From an uncultured Nitrososphaerota archaeon (GTDB lineage Archaea > Thermoproteota > EX4484-205 > JAAOZP01), in assembly GCA_964416155.1 (NCBI GenBank), contig CAYQCW010000001.1, positions 192,001 through 256,000 on the forward strand: DNA of 64,000 nt, written 5' to 3'. Below the pieces are notes generated by a model, which worked only from the letters and a program-made list of their open reading frames with translations, had not been told where the DNA came from and searched no databases. The first letter of the stretch is position 1; the number at the start of each line of letters is the position of its first letter. Made by a program: the position numbers and the translations under genes. Shown here one piece after another: positions 28,262-37,803 of this stretch.

Positions 28262-30814
28262 CTAGGCTAGGACGTCATACTCTTCCGAGACTGGGGGCGG
28301 CTGAGGCCTACGCCTCCTTATCCAGAGCAGCGACATTGAAACAGCCAAAACGACAGCGAAGCTTATGACCACAAGGATCAAGTATAGATTGCTCACTCTA
28401 AAGAAAACCTCTTTAACACCAGTATTACCGTAAGGATCGGTGGCATTGATCACCATCCTGTATTCTCCAACCGGATTAGTAACTGGGAGATAATAGTCTC
28501 CAACCCACTTGCCACCCTGGTATCTGAGGCTTATGATGCTCGCGAGGGTACCGGAGGAGACCGTTGCAGTCACGTCTCCGTCTTCAAGACTTGAAGAATC
28601 CGGGTATTTAACGATTGTTCTTAAAGAAACTGTTTCAAACCCCGCCTGATAACTCTCCTTCAAAGCCTCCATTTCAAAGCTTAGAACAGCCCGGGTTATT
28701 TCAACGGGAACCATGTATAAACCATAGTTTTCAAAAGAGTCTTTAACGGTAACGTTTAACACGTACTGTCCCACGGGAGCACTCCGAGGGGCGCTGATGT
28801 TTCCAATCCAAGCTTCGGCTGAGAACCCTAGCTGGGCGAGAGCCTGCGCAACACCATTATGAACCAGCTTAGCGTCCACGAAGGCGCCTTTCTCCCTAGA
28901 AACGTTCTCCACCGTAAGAACCTCCTTAGAAGGGTATTTCACCACCACTTTGACGGGTATTTTCTCGGTTCTGGAGAACCTGCTGCCAAGCGGGGTTAAC
29001 AGCTGTATGATTAGCCTAGCTGGAACAATCCTTATTTCCCGAGAGAAATCCCCACTGTTCCCCATCTCGTCTACCGCTGTTATCATAAGGATCCATCCTC
29101 CCGTTTCCTCGCCCACCGGGATCTTCCAAGACAGACCCCAGTCTCCCAAGCTGGTCTTGTCGAAGTTAAACGGGCCCTTTCTAGTCTGACCCTTGATAAG
29201 TTCAAGAGTCACGCTGCCGGATGGCAAGGGTGTTCCATCAGGGTATGCAACGCCAACCGAGACGTTTAGCCTAACAGACCTTTCATAGGTAGCGTTAAGC
29301 TGGTTTTTTAGAGTTATCCTCAGCTTAGCAGTGGTGAGAGTAAACGTTCTGTTTCCGGAGCCAGTGTTTCCATACTGGTCTGAAGCCTCCACCTTAACCA
29401 TGTAGCTACCCAAGGGGGCGGATGGTTCTGTCTTAATACTCTTGAACCAGTAGCCTTCGCGAAAGTAATCCATGAATATTTCTCTCCCCTGAACCCCGCC
29501 GTAGACCAGTCTTATCCTAACAACCCCGTTCCAAGGCAGGCTTGAACCATCCTTGTACTTAACTTGAACCGTTATGTTTACCGGCTTAACCCTTTCATAA
29601 GTTGTAGCATCCATTTCTACAGTAACGTTTAAAACCGCCCTGACCAGGGTGACCTTAACAGCATCAGTAACCACCTTCATGTTTTTAAAGTCCAACGCAT
29701 CATCACACTCTATGGAAGCAGAGAGGACGCCGAGCTGAATGTCCACGGGAACCGTTATCTGCCTACCAACTTCCCCTTTAGAATCCGTCTCCAGCCTCTG
29801 GCTGAAAACCACGTGCGTCGAGTTTTTCAAGTAGAGCGTCGCTGACCCGCTGCGCACCAGCCCACCAGCCTTAACCATGATTATTGACTTACGCTCCCAT
29901 ACCCGTGGAACATCCCAGATGCCGAAGTGATACTCTGTTACGCAGCCACTCCTGTTAACCCGCATAGTGTAGGTTCCCGGAGAAGGGTTGGTCAAGTTTA
30001 TTGTGCGGGAGAACCCGCCAGTAGAATTAGCCGTTATGGAATAGGTTGCAAGAACCGAACCATTTGGACGGATTATTTTAAGGTCGAATGATGATGTAAA
30101 AAACTGGTCTCCACTAATCTTCACCTGAACACTGCTGGAAGAAGCATACACAGGCTTGTCCGTGAGAATTATCGGGGAGACGAGCATTGAGAACTCGTCG
30201 AAAAAGGTTTTCACACCGTCTTGAGGCGGGTCAAAAACGCCGAGGGAGAGGTTCACCTGCTTCACAAGGAACAGTTTAACACCGGTAGCGATAGAGATTG
30301 TTTGACTACCATTATAAAGTATTGTTAAAGCATCCGATGAAGCATCCAGCCATATGGTTAAATTGTACCATTTTCCAGTCGAGAAAGTTGCGCCGTCATT
30401 CCTCCTATCTAGCCTGTAGGCCACTAGCTTCATATCGAGAAAGCCAAGCTTAACCTCGTACGTTGAAGAATCTGTAAGCACGAGGATCATCTTGGTAAAA
30501 TTGAAGCTTGTGCCATTGTTTATCTTCATCATGAAGCTTGTTTTGAAGGATCCCTTAGCGTTTAAGACAGAGTATATGTATCCACGGTTCCCGGATGAAA
30601 CGTTTATGCTTAGGCAGGGGCCCCGGAAGCCGTAAGGAGAAAAAGAGTAGCCTGAGCCCGTGAAGGATCCTGAGGGAGATATGCTTAGATTATTGGTGAA
30701 GGAAGAGTTGTAAGCAGGTATGAAGCACCCGTCGGCCTCAACTCCGACCGGCATTATTAGGATTGCTAAGAGCAGCAATGCTGCAACCAGTATTACCATG
30801 CTATCCTTTGGCAT
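28262..30814 (-). CDS. Large cell-surface protein with tandem Ig-like repeats and C-terminal TM anchor
   Basis: Signal peptide; four ~100 aa repeats (V.Y.DGS...G.Y...V.A.D.YGN.G); many N-x-S/T sequons; TM followed by RRRR. Confidence 0.8.
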   Translation of the reverse strand: MPKDSMVILVAALLLLAILIMPVGVEADGCFIPAYNSSFTNNLSISPSGSFTGSGYSFSPYGFRGPCLSINVSSGNRGYIYSVLNAKGSFKTSFMMKINNGTSFNFTKMILVLTDSSTYEVKLGFLDMKLVAYRLDRRNDGATFSTGKWYNLTIWLDASSDALTILYNGSQTISIATGVKLFLVKQVNLSLGVFDPPQDGVKTFFDEFSMLVSPIILTDKPVYASSSSVQVKISGDQFFTSSFDLKIIRPNGSVLATYSITANSTGGFSRTINLTNPSPGTYTMRVNRSGCVTEYHFGIWDVPRVWERKSIIMVKAGGLVRSGSATLYLKNSTHVVFSQRLETDSKGEVGRQITVPVDIQLGVLSASIECDDALDFKNMKVVTDAVKVTLVRAVLNVTVEMDATTYERVKPVNITVQVKYKDGSSLPWNGVVRIRLVYGGVQGREIFMDYFREGYWFKSIKTEPSAPLGSYMVKVEASDQYGNTGSGNRTFTLTTAKLRITLKNQLNATYERSVRLNVSVGVAYPDGTPLPSGSVTLELIKGQTRKGPFNFDKTSLGDWGLSWKIPVGEETGGWILMITAVDEMGNSGDFSREIRIVPARLIIQLLTPLGSRFSRTEKIPVKVVVKYPSKEVLTVENVSREKGAFVDAKLVHNGVAQALAQLGFSAEAWIGNISAPRSAPVGQYVLNVTVKDSFENYGLYMVPVEITRAVLSFEMEALKESYQAGFETVSLRTIVKYPDSSSLEDGDVTATVSSGTLASIISLRYQGGKWVGDYYLPVTNPVGEYRMVINATDPYGNTGVKEVFFRVSNLYLILVVISFAVVLAVSMSLLWIRRRRPQPPPVSEEYDVLA

Positions 30815-30905
30815 CTGTGATGCTTCCTTATCAAGCGTTTTAAAGGTTTTGTTAGGTTTGTATAAAAATAAAATAGTATGGTTTCCGGTGGAGGCTTAAC
30901 CCCGT

Positions 30906-31526
30906 TCACTTGCCACCGTAAAAAAGCCTCTTCACTCTGAACAACACTTTTCTAAACCACCCTCTTTTTTCAACCTTCAACTCTCCCTTTAAAACCATGT
31001 CTAAAACACTCCTATAAGCATCAGGATTTCTTAAAGCTAGGAGTAGAAGCGTCTCCTCGCTCAACCTAGATCCCTTCAGAGGAGTATGGCCATTCTCCAT
31101 GTTTTTTAAAAGCTTCTTCTCGCTTTTCCTCAAGCCAATAATGTTCAAGGCTAGGAGAATTAATCCTGCTGCGAAAAAAACTATGGTCTGCAAGTATGTT
31201 GCCGGATCTTTCTGAGAAATATTCCCAGTATCCTGCATAATCGCGCCCCCCGGAGGCGAGCCTGAAAACCTTGCGTCGTATTTAACGAGCAGCGTGGAAT
31301 CCTGAGCTAATGTTTTAAAAGATTCAGGCCTGAAAACCGTTAAAGAAACGTTGTTGGCCAAATATAGTTCAACAAGTGTCCTGTTGCAGAGGAAAGCAGT
31401 TACACGCATTGAAACATGAGTCTCGTTTCCCATAATCGTGCTTGAGGGGCCTGCACACGTGTTAAGGCAAGTATTGAAAAGCACGGCTAAGAGGAACGTT
31501 AAGCACGTTTTTACACGCATCGTCAA
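30906..31526 (-). CDS. Hypothetical membrane protein
   Basis: Signal-like N-terminus, internal TM, basic tail. Confidence 0.6.
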   Translation of the reverse strand: MTMRVKTCLTFLLAVLFNTCLNTCAGPSSTIMGNETHVSMRVTAFLCNRTLVELYLANNVSLTVFRPESFKTLAQDSTLLVKYDARFSGSPPGGAIMQDTGNISQKDPATYLQTIVFFAAGLILLALNIIGLRKSEKKLLKNMENGHTPLKGSRLSEETLLLLALRNPDAYRSVLDMVLKGELKVEKRGWFRKVLFRVKRLFYGGK

Positions 31527-31572
31527 CTCTATTTTTAAACTTGAGAGGATGCTGATAAGCCCCCATGCGTCA

Positions 31573-31637
31573 CGGCATCAATCCGCCCATCTTATCCTCA
31601 TCCTTAATCAGATTTTTGAGGCGGTTTTCATCTGCCG
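31573..31637 (-). ncRNA. Box C/D guide sRNA (predicted 16S C1402 2'-O-methylation guide)
   Basis: Minus strand: CGGCA-GATGA (C), guide, CTGA (D'), GGATGA (C'), guide GATGGGCGGA, TTGA (D), TGCCG. Has a 5-bp terminal stem and TATA (CTTAAATA) 22-29 nt upstream. Confidence 0.75.
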
Positions 31638-31677
31638 GAGAATAATATTGAGAGAAGGTATTTAAGCATTAAGCACA

Positions 31678-32139
31678 TCATGGTTCCGAACCGGTCAGCT
31701 TTAAAATCTGTCGCGAAATATTCCTCCAGTGAGAACCCCTCCAGTATAACTTGCCACACGCCTTACACCTCCAGATTAAACCCACGTTTTTAGGAGCACC
31801 GGGATTTTTCTCAGCCTCATCAGGGGGCAAGAGCTCAAGCTCACCGTTGCAAACCGTGCACCTTAAAGAATCCTCCTGGAGAAACAGCTTAAACCTCTCC
31901 ACCAGCAGCCTTAACACCTCCTCCTCCGTTAAACCCTTGGTTAAAACAACTTCAACACTCTTTCTCTCAGCGATTTTCGCGAGCTCATCGTCAGAAGTCA
32001 CAAGCACACGGCCGCCTAGAGCCAGTTGAACAATATCCTCGTCACCAACACTATTCAAGTAGAGGGTGTCGTAACCCATTATCCTAAGCCATTTAGCCAC
32101 ATAGCCATGCATACTGTCAACCAGAAACCTCTGGCCCAA
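31678..32139 (-). CDS. Mut7-C (PIN-like) RNase domain protein
   Basis: FLVDSM.G..AKWLR.MGYDT, LVTSD, RCTVCNGEL, C..CGKLYWRGSH. Confidence 0.92.
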   Translation of the reverse strand: MGQRFLVDSMHGYVAKWLRIMGYDTLYLNSVGDEDIVQLALGGRVLVTSDDELAKIAERKSVEVVLTKGLTEEEVLRLLVERFKLFLQEDSLRCTVCNGELELLPPDEAEKNPGAPKNVGLIWRCKACGKLYWRGSHWRNISRQILKLTGSEP

Positions 32140-33022
32140 TCCTGACAGCCTTTAGAAAATCCATTTCAGTCAAGAAGCCTTCCAGAGAGCCGGATTTAAC
32201 CACAAGGGCTGAGCCGTAACTGCTCCTCTTAACTATCTCCCAAGCCTCAGCTATCCTGACCTGCGGATCCAAAATAGGCGGATCCCTCACGGTGAAGTCT
32301 ACGACGCTCATGGACATAAGCTCGCCCAGCGTCCTTCCAGCATACTTGAAGAACTCCCTACCGCCGAGGAACCTGGCTATTGAACGGGAGGAGAATAACC
32401 CGACTGGCTTAGAGCCCTCCAAGCATGGTAAACGCCTGTGCCCAGAGCTCACCATGGTTTCAACACCTTCCCTCAGCCTCCTGTCTATTGAGATGCAAAC
32501 CGGGGACTTAGACATATAGTCCTCGACGAACCCGCTTTCCAGAGAATAGTTAAACCTCTCCAGAACGTCCCGGACTGTTAAAACAGCCTTGAGCCGGTTG
32601 CTCTTATCCACTACTGCGAGACTGCTAAAACCGTTCTTCATCATCAACATTATTGACTCCGGCATGCTTTCAGACTGGCCTATGCTTACCACGTCTTTAC
32701 TCATGATTCTAGCCACAGGCGTCGACATTATGCTCACGACAGGCGTCCCGGGAGAATCTCTAGACCTCCAAAGCAGGTGTTTAACTGCCTCCATCGGTGT
32801 TACGATCCCCTCTAGAAGACCGCTTGCTGTCGCCACGAAAACTCTTCTAAAGCCTCTTGCAACCATTGTTTCAAGCAGCCGTGACAATGGGGTGGTCTTG
32901 GTTACTGAGAGCGGCGGGGAGGTAGCATAGTATAGTACTGTGGAAGGCGAAGGGTAAGACTGCACCCTCATTCGAGGGCGACCCTTCATGTATCTTAATC
33001 CCTTCTCCCTATCCCTGCTCAA
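32117..33022 (-). CDS. CBS-domain protein (four CBS)
   Basis: Repeated CBS motifs (LEGIVT, LKAVLTVRD, PVGLFS, LEGFLTEMD). Confidence 0.85.
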   Translation of the reverse strand: MSRDREKGLRYMKGRPRMRVQSYPSPSTVLYYATSPPLSVTKTTPLSRLLETMVARGFRRVFVATASGLLEGIVTPMEAVKHLLWRSRDSPGTPVVSIMSTPVARIMSKDVVSIGQSESMPESIMLMMKNGFSSLAVVDKSNRLKAVLTVRDVLERFNYSLESGFVEDYMSKSPVCISIDRRLREGVETMVSSGHRRLPCLEGSKPVGLFSSRSIARFLGGREFFKYAGRTLGELMSMSVVDFTVRDPPILDPQVRIAEAWEIVKRSSYGSALVVKSGSLEGFLTEMDFLKAVRIGPEVSG

Positions 33023-33024
33023 CT

Positions 33025-33594
33025 CTACTCTTCAGAGGCGATCTTAAGATCAGCCATGCAGTCTTCGCATAGAAGCCTTCCTTCAACGATGCTTAGGGAG
33101 TCGAACCACATTCCGCACTCCTCGCAGAACCCTTCGTAAAACTCTTTTCTTATTATGCTTCTGGAACGCTGCGTGGCTGTTTTTTCAACCAGCTCGTATA
33201 TTGCAGGTATAGCGTAGACCAAGTCTCTCTCCGACACTATTCCCACAAGCTTCCCTCCCCTTTCGATGCCGAGCTTCTTGATTTTGCTTCTCCTCATCTT
33301 GTCGAGAGCCTCTACAATACTGCTGTCGCTGCTAATCTTCTTCAAGGGGTTAGACATGGCTTCCCTCACTTTCACAAGCCGAGGATCCTTGGATTTGGCG
33401 ACAACCTTCTCTATAACATCCCTCTCAGTAATTATTCCGATATCTTTCCCCTCATCGTTCACAACGATTAGCGAGCTTATATCGTGGTGAACCATTTGGA
33501 TAACAGCCGCGTGAACAGACTCATCAGGGCCTATCGATATAACCGGATAACTCATAACCTCGTCCACGGTTAACGCCTTCCTGCTCGGCTTCAA
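33025..33594 (-). CDS. CBS-pair protein with C-terminal zinc ribbon
   Basis: GIITERD, GIVSERD, GFCEECG...LCEDC. Confidence 0.88.
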   Translation of the reverse strand: MKPSRKALTVDEVMSYPVISIGPDESVHAAVIQMVHHDISSLIVVNDEGKDIGIITERDVIEKVVAKSKDPRLVKVREAMSNPLKKISSDSSIVEALDKMRRSKIKKLGIERGGKLVGIVSERDLVYAIPAIYELVEKTATQRSRSIIRKEFYEGFCEECGMWFDSLSIVEGRLLCEDCMADLKIASEE

Positions 33595-33692
33595 CCCCCT
33601 CCCCTTTTTGGCTAACTATTATCTCTCAGAGTATTTAAACTAATAGGGGTTAAATTTATCTAGAGGGACTGTGAGAAATAACCGTCTTAAAA

Positions 33693-34001
33693 ATGGGCGG
33701 GTCTAAGAAGCTTCGCTTAAGCCAGCTGGAGAAGAGGCAGAAGGAGGAGAGTAAGAAGGAGAAGGCTGAACGCTTAAAAAGCGAGAAGAAGGTTGGGGAA
33801 ATCCTCAGCGACGAGGATGATAAGATGCTTGAGAAGCTTAAAGGCGTCAAGGTTTTAACACCCTACGTTGTCTTCAGCCAAACCGGCTTGAAAATTGGGG
33901 AGGCCAAGAGGCTTCTGAAACGGTTGGAGGAAAGAGGCTTAGTGAAGAGGGTTACTGGCAACAGTAGCGTTCCCGTTTACACTTTTCCTCAAACCGCTTA
34001 A
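33693..34001 (+). CDS. rps25e: 30S ribosomal protein S25e
   Basis: MGGSKK..LSQLEK.Q, VLTPY, LKIGEAKRLLKRLEERG. Confidence 0.92.
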   Translation: MGGSKKLRLSQLEKRQKEESKKEKAERLKSEKKVGEILSDEDDKMLEKLKGVKVLTPYVVFSQTGLKIGEAKRLLKRLEERGLVKRVTGNSSVPVYTFPQTA

Positions 34002-34372
34002 ACACGTGAAACAGAAACCACTTCCCCCTCCCTAAGGTTTTTCAAGGGCTCGAGCGGAGTCGACACTTTTCCGATAAGAGTGACGTTTAGAAACCTGCAG
34101 TCGGGCGAGTCAGACGTGAAGAAAACCAGTCCTTGAAAGCGGGGAGAATATCCTACATCCCCCTGGGAGGCTTCTGAAAGAGTTTTTTCAACCCCGATTT
34201 TCAAACCCATGGTTAAGTACAAGTAAGCGTCTCCCTTCCCCACAACACCTATCTTCGGAAGGGAGCCTCCTAACGCTGAGAAAACTCTCGGTGAGAAGCC
34301 TCTTTTAACACTAAATCTGCAGACGTCACTGTCACCCGAAACTATTTTTAACTCGAGCACGTCCATCGACAT
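33998..34372 (-). CDS. Divergent cyclophilin-like protein
   Basis: LP, G.EK, GDVGYSP..QGLVFF, V..IGKV; similar to 5860-6246. Confidence 0.65.
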   Translation of the reverse strand: MSMDVLELKIVSGDSDVCRFSVKRGFSPRVFSALGGSLPKIGVVGKGDAYLYLTMGLKIGVEKTLSEASQGDVGYSPRFQGLVFFTSDSPDCRFLNVTLIGKVSTPLEPLKNLREGEVVSVSRV

Positions 34373-34417
34373 AAAAGTTTAACAGAAACCCTTTGCAACA
34401 TACTAATAAGGCTTAGG

Positions 34418-34648
34418 GTGGTTGGATTGTTCATACTCATAGGGCCTCCGGACTCTGAGGAAAGGCTGAAACGCTTAGAGAAGGAGAAGGAAAGGCTTGA
34501 AAAAGAGTATGAGGATCTTCAGAAAAAATTTGAACAGGGAAAGATAAGCAAGGAGGAGTATGAGAAGAAGAAGCACGATATTGAGAGGGAGTTCGTAGAG
34601 GTTATGGACAGGATAGTCCAGTATAAGGCTTTTTCAAGCGGCTTTTAG
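34418..34648 (+). CDS. Small coiled-coil SHOCT-like protein
   Basis: L...FEQGKISKEEYEKKK motif. Confidence 0.7.
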   Translation: MVGLFILIGPPDSEERLKRLEKEKERLEKEYEDLQKKFEQGKISKEEYEKKKHDIEREFVEVMDRIVQYKAFSSGF

Positions 34649-34807
34649 GGTTTTCAGAGGTATTTCTAATGCGTGTCTGCTGGCGGGTTCTGAAGACCGT
34701 TTTAAGCAAGCTTTCGACTACTAATTGAAGAACACCACCTCAACGGCTTGTTTCAGCCGATTCCGGTTTAGAAAGGCTTAAAAATGGGTTTTCTCTGGTA
34801 GAGTGCG

Positions 34808-36436
34808 GTGAGTAAAATGAGTTCCTCGCAAGTAAAGGTTATTCCCTCGATAATTCTGAAAGAGGGAAGCAGGAGGAGCTTTGAAAAGGAGGCTCAGCTT
34901 TACAATCTTCTGGCATCAGAGGTGATTTTCGAAACCGTAAGGTCAGCCCTAGGCCCCCTAGGCTACAGGAAAATCCTTGTGGATACGTTCGGCGATACTA
35001 CGATAACCGGCGACGGGGCGACGATAATGAGCGAGCTGGAGGTTGAGCATCCTGCTGCAAAGCTGATTGTGGATGCGGCTAAGTCTCAGAACAAGGAGGT
35101 TGGAGACGGGGTTACAAGCCTAGTGGTGTTGACCCATTTAATGTTCAAGGAAGCCGATTCCCTTATGAAGATGGGAATACATCCCTCGATAATAATCGAC
35201 GCGTATACTGAGGGGGTTAGGAAGGCTCTGGACGCTTTGAAGAGCGAGCTCGCCATCAAGATCGACCCGAGAGACCCTGACGTCTTAAGGAAAACAGTAT
35301 TATCGGCAATACCCTTATCACTAAACACGGCGGTAAGGGAGAGACTCGCCGACATATCTGTTGAAGCAGTTAAAAAGATAATTGAGAAAGGCGTTGAGAA
35401 CACTAGAGTTTTCGACGAATTCTTAAAAACCGAGAAGAAGAGTGGCGGTTCGATTCTAGACACCCAACTGGTGGAGGGTGTTGCACTTGACAAGGAGATT
35501 GTACATCCCGACATGCCTAAAAGGGTTGAGAACGCAAAGATAGCTCTCTTAGACATGCCGATTGAAGTTAAGAAGACTGAGACCGACGAGAGGCTGAAAT
35601 TCAGCGACGCTAGAATGATCAGGGAATTCCTCAAGACGGAGCAGAAAATGATGAGCAACATTGTTAATAAGCTTTCAGAGTTGAAAGTTAACGTGGTTTT
35701 TGCCCAGAAGGGCATAGACGACTACGCCCAATATCTTTTGGCAAAGAAGGGAATAATGAGCCTGAGGAGAGTTAAGAAATCAGACATGGAGAAGCTCGCG
35801 CTCGCCACCGGGGCGAAAATCGTTAGTGTTCTGGAAGACTTGAGCGAGGATAAACTTGGGTTCGCAGGCATTGTGGAGGAGAGGAAAACAGGTGGAGAGA
35901 AATGGACGTTCGTCGAGCAGGTTCCGAACAAAGCGGTTCACACGATCCTTGTGAGAGGGGAGAACGACAAGATTGTCGACGAGGCGGAGAGAATAGTTAA
36001 AAACTGCATTGCTGTTCAGAGGGCGCTTGTCGAGGAACCCGACGTGCTGCCGGGTGGCGGAGCTGCTGAAGTCTTCCTCTCACGTAAACTTGCGGAGATG
36101 GCTAAGGGGGGAAAGGAGGGCATTGTGCTAGAATCATTAAGCAGAGTGTTCGACTCATACGTGAAGCAGATTGTAGCTAATTCAGGCGGGGATCCAGACG
36201 AGGTTTTAACCGAGCTTAAGGCAAGGCACGCTAAGGGGGAGAAGAGAAACGGTTTTGACGCTTTCAGCGGAAGAATCACGGATGTTATTGAAAAAGGCAT
36301 TTTCGACTCTTTCAGGGTTAAGAAAATGGCATGCTTGGCTGCCCTTGAAACGGCCACCATGCTTCTAAGGGTGGACGACGTAATAATGGCGGCGAAAATG
36401 AAGCCTCCAAAGGGGAAGGAAGGCGGGGCGGAATAA
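34808..36436 (+). CDS. ths: Thermosome (group II chaperonin) subunit, divergent
   Basis: LGP.G, DGATI, HPAAK, GDGVTS, QKGIDD, RRVKKSDM, PGGGAAE, LRVDDVI. Confidence 0.95.
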   Translation: MSKMSSSQVKVIPSIILKEGSRRSFEKEAQLYNLLASEVIFETVRSALGPLGYRKILVDTFGDTTITGDGATIMSELEVEHPAAKLIVDAAKSQNKEVGDGVTSLVVLTHLMFKEADSLMKMGIHPSIIIDAYTEGVRKALDALKSELAIKIDPRDPDVLRKTVLSAIPLSLNTAVRERLADISVEAVKKIIEKGVENTRVFDEFLKTEKKSGGSILDTQLVEGVALDKEIVHPDMPKRVENAKIALLDMPIEVKKTETDERLKFSDARMIREFLKTEQKMMSNIVNKLSELKVNVVFAQKGIDDYAQYLLAKKGIMSLRRVKKSDMEKLALATGAKIVSVLEDLSEDKLGFAGIVEERKTGGEKWTFVEQVPNKAVHTILVRGENDKIVDEAERIVKNCIAVQRALVEEPDVLPGGGAAEVFLSRKLAEMAKGGKEGIVLESLSRVFDSYVKQIVANSGGDPDEVLTELKARHAKGEKRNGFDAFSGRITDVIEKGIFDSFRVKKMACLAALETATMLLRVDDVIMAAKMKPPKGKEGGAE

Positions 36437-36473
36437 TAGAAATGACATTCAACATGGAAGTTGAAGCTAAACG

Positions 36474-36755
36474 TTGAGCATCTCATCTTTGAAAAACAGT
36501 ATTGAGAAGAGAATTGAGGTTTCCAAAAAGAGGTTGACGAAGTTTGAGAAGGCGAGGATAATAGGTTTAAGATCTCTTGAACTATCTCTGGGCGCTCCCC
36601 CGTTGATACTCGTCGAGCAGAGCAGTAGGCTTAGTGCCGCCGAAATAGCGACGCAAGAGGTTGAGAAAAAGATCCTCCCGCTGATAATCGGCAGAAGGAT
36701 GCCTGACGGAAGCTATGTTTATGTCCCGTTAAGCGACTTAGAAATAGAGGATTAA
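36474..36755 (+). CDS. rpoK: DNA-directed RNA polymerase subunit Rpo6/K
   Basis: LTKFEKARIIGLRSLELSLGAP, LPLII.RRMPDG. Confidence 0.95.
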   Translation: MSISSLKNSIEKRIEVSKKRLTKFEKARIIGLRSLELSLGAPPLILVEQSSRLSAAEIATQEVEKKILPLIIGRRMPDGSYVYVPLSDLEIED

Positions 36756-36898
36756 AAACCGCCTATTAAGGCCAGTTAGGCACTTTTAAAGTCGGGACTC
36801 GAATGGAGCATTATTAAGCCTTTATACTGGTGAGCAGAAAGATTTTTATTCTTGCTACTCAACCCTCCCTACGCAAGGAGGAGGTGTAAGAGTAAACC

Positions 36899-37195
36899 AT
36901 GTGCGCACAAACCACTGGACCGTCTCCTAACGTGGTGCTCGTAGGCAAGAAGCCAGCATTAGTATACGCGGTTGCTGCATTAATGCAGTTAACGTCTGAG
37001 CAGAACGAGGTCACCCTGAAGGCAAGGGGAAGAGCAATATCGAAGGCTGTTGACGTCGTGGAGATACTTAAAAGAAGGTTCCTCGGGAACCAGATGGTTC
37101 TGAAAAACGTTCAGATAGGCACGGAGACATTCCAGACACCGGACAACAGGCAAAGGTTCATCTCGACAATAGAGATAACTGTTTCAAAGGCTTAA
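36899..37195 (+). CDS. albA: Chromatin protein Alba
   Basis: VGKKP..Y, LKARGRAISKAVDV, IGTE, ISTIEI; GGAGGTG RBS upstream. Confidence 0.96.
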   Translation: MCAQTTGPSPNVVLVGKKPALVYAVAALMQLTSEQNEVTLKARGRAISKAVDVVEILKRRFLGNQMVLKNVQIGTETFQTPDNRQRFISTIEITVSKA

Positions 37196-37259
37196 AGAAA
37201 GCAAACTAACACAACCATCATTATGTTTTTTAATGTCCCGATTGCTCAGTTCCTCAGCT

Positions 37260-37757
37260 TTAACGAAGTTTTTTAACCATCAGCAACCCGGCTGTTCCAT
37301 CCAAATAGTAATGAGGAATCTCGCGAACAACATGATAGCTAAGAGCCTTGTAAAGCCTAATCGCCTTCTCATTATTAACCCTTACCTCGAGGAAGCTCTC
37401 GTCGACAGAGTTGCGAATCATCTCATCCAACACTGAGGTCATGAGGGTTTTCCCTATCCCCTTTCCGTGAAACTGCTTTTTAACGGCCAGACTCACCACA
37501 TGGCCCTTTCTCACTATATTGAAGCCTCCTTCCGAGGGAAAGCCTGTTTCAATTCTGCACATTACATACCCGACGACTTCCCCGGTGCTAGCAAGAATCG
37601 CCACGAGGAAATAGTTTGGAAACCTTTCAAGCAGATCCATGAAGAAGGAAGGCGGATAGTTCTCAGGAAGCTCTAGCCTGTTTATCTCAATAACGCTCGG
37701 AAGATGCTCTGGCTCCGCATGCTTAATTACCACCTCGTCAGTCAAGGCGGCAACCAT
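37260..37757 (-). CDS. ard1: N-terminal acetyltransferase Ard1/RimI
   Basis: LPENY, VGYVMCRIE, GHVVSLAV, LEVRV.N, YY.DG. Start taken at ATG 37757 to avoid overlap with the upstream gene. Confidence 0.9.
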   Translation of the reverse strand: MVAALTDEVVIKHAEPEHLPSVIEINRLELPENYPPSFFMDLLERFPNYFLVAILASTGEVVGYVMCRIETGFPSEGGFNIVRKGHVVSLAVKKQFHGKGIGKTLMTSVLDEMIRNSVDESFLEVRVNNEKAIRLYKALSYHVVREIPHYYLDGTAGLLMVKKLR

Positions 37758-37803
37758 TTTCCCGTGTCTTCCGAGCACACCGGCCTCTTTAAAACTATTA
37801 TGC

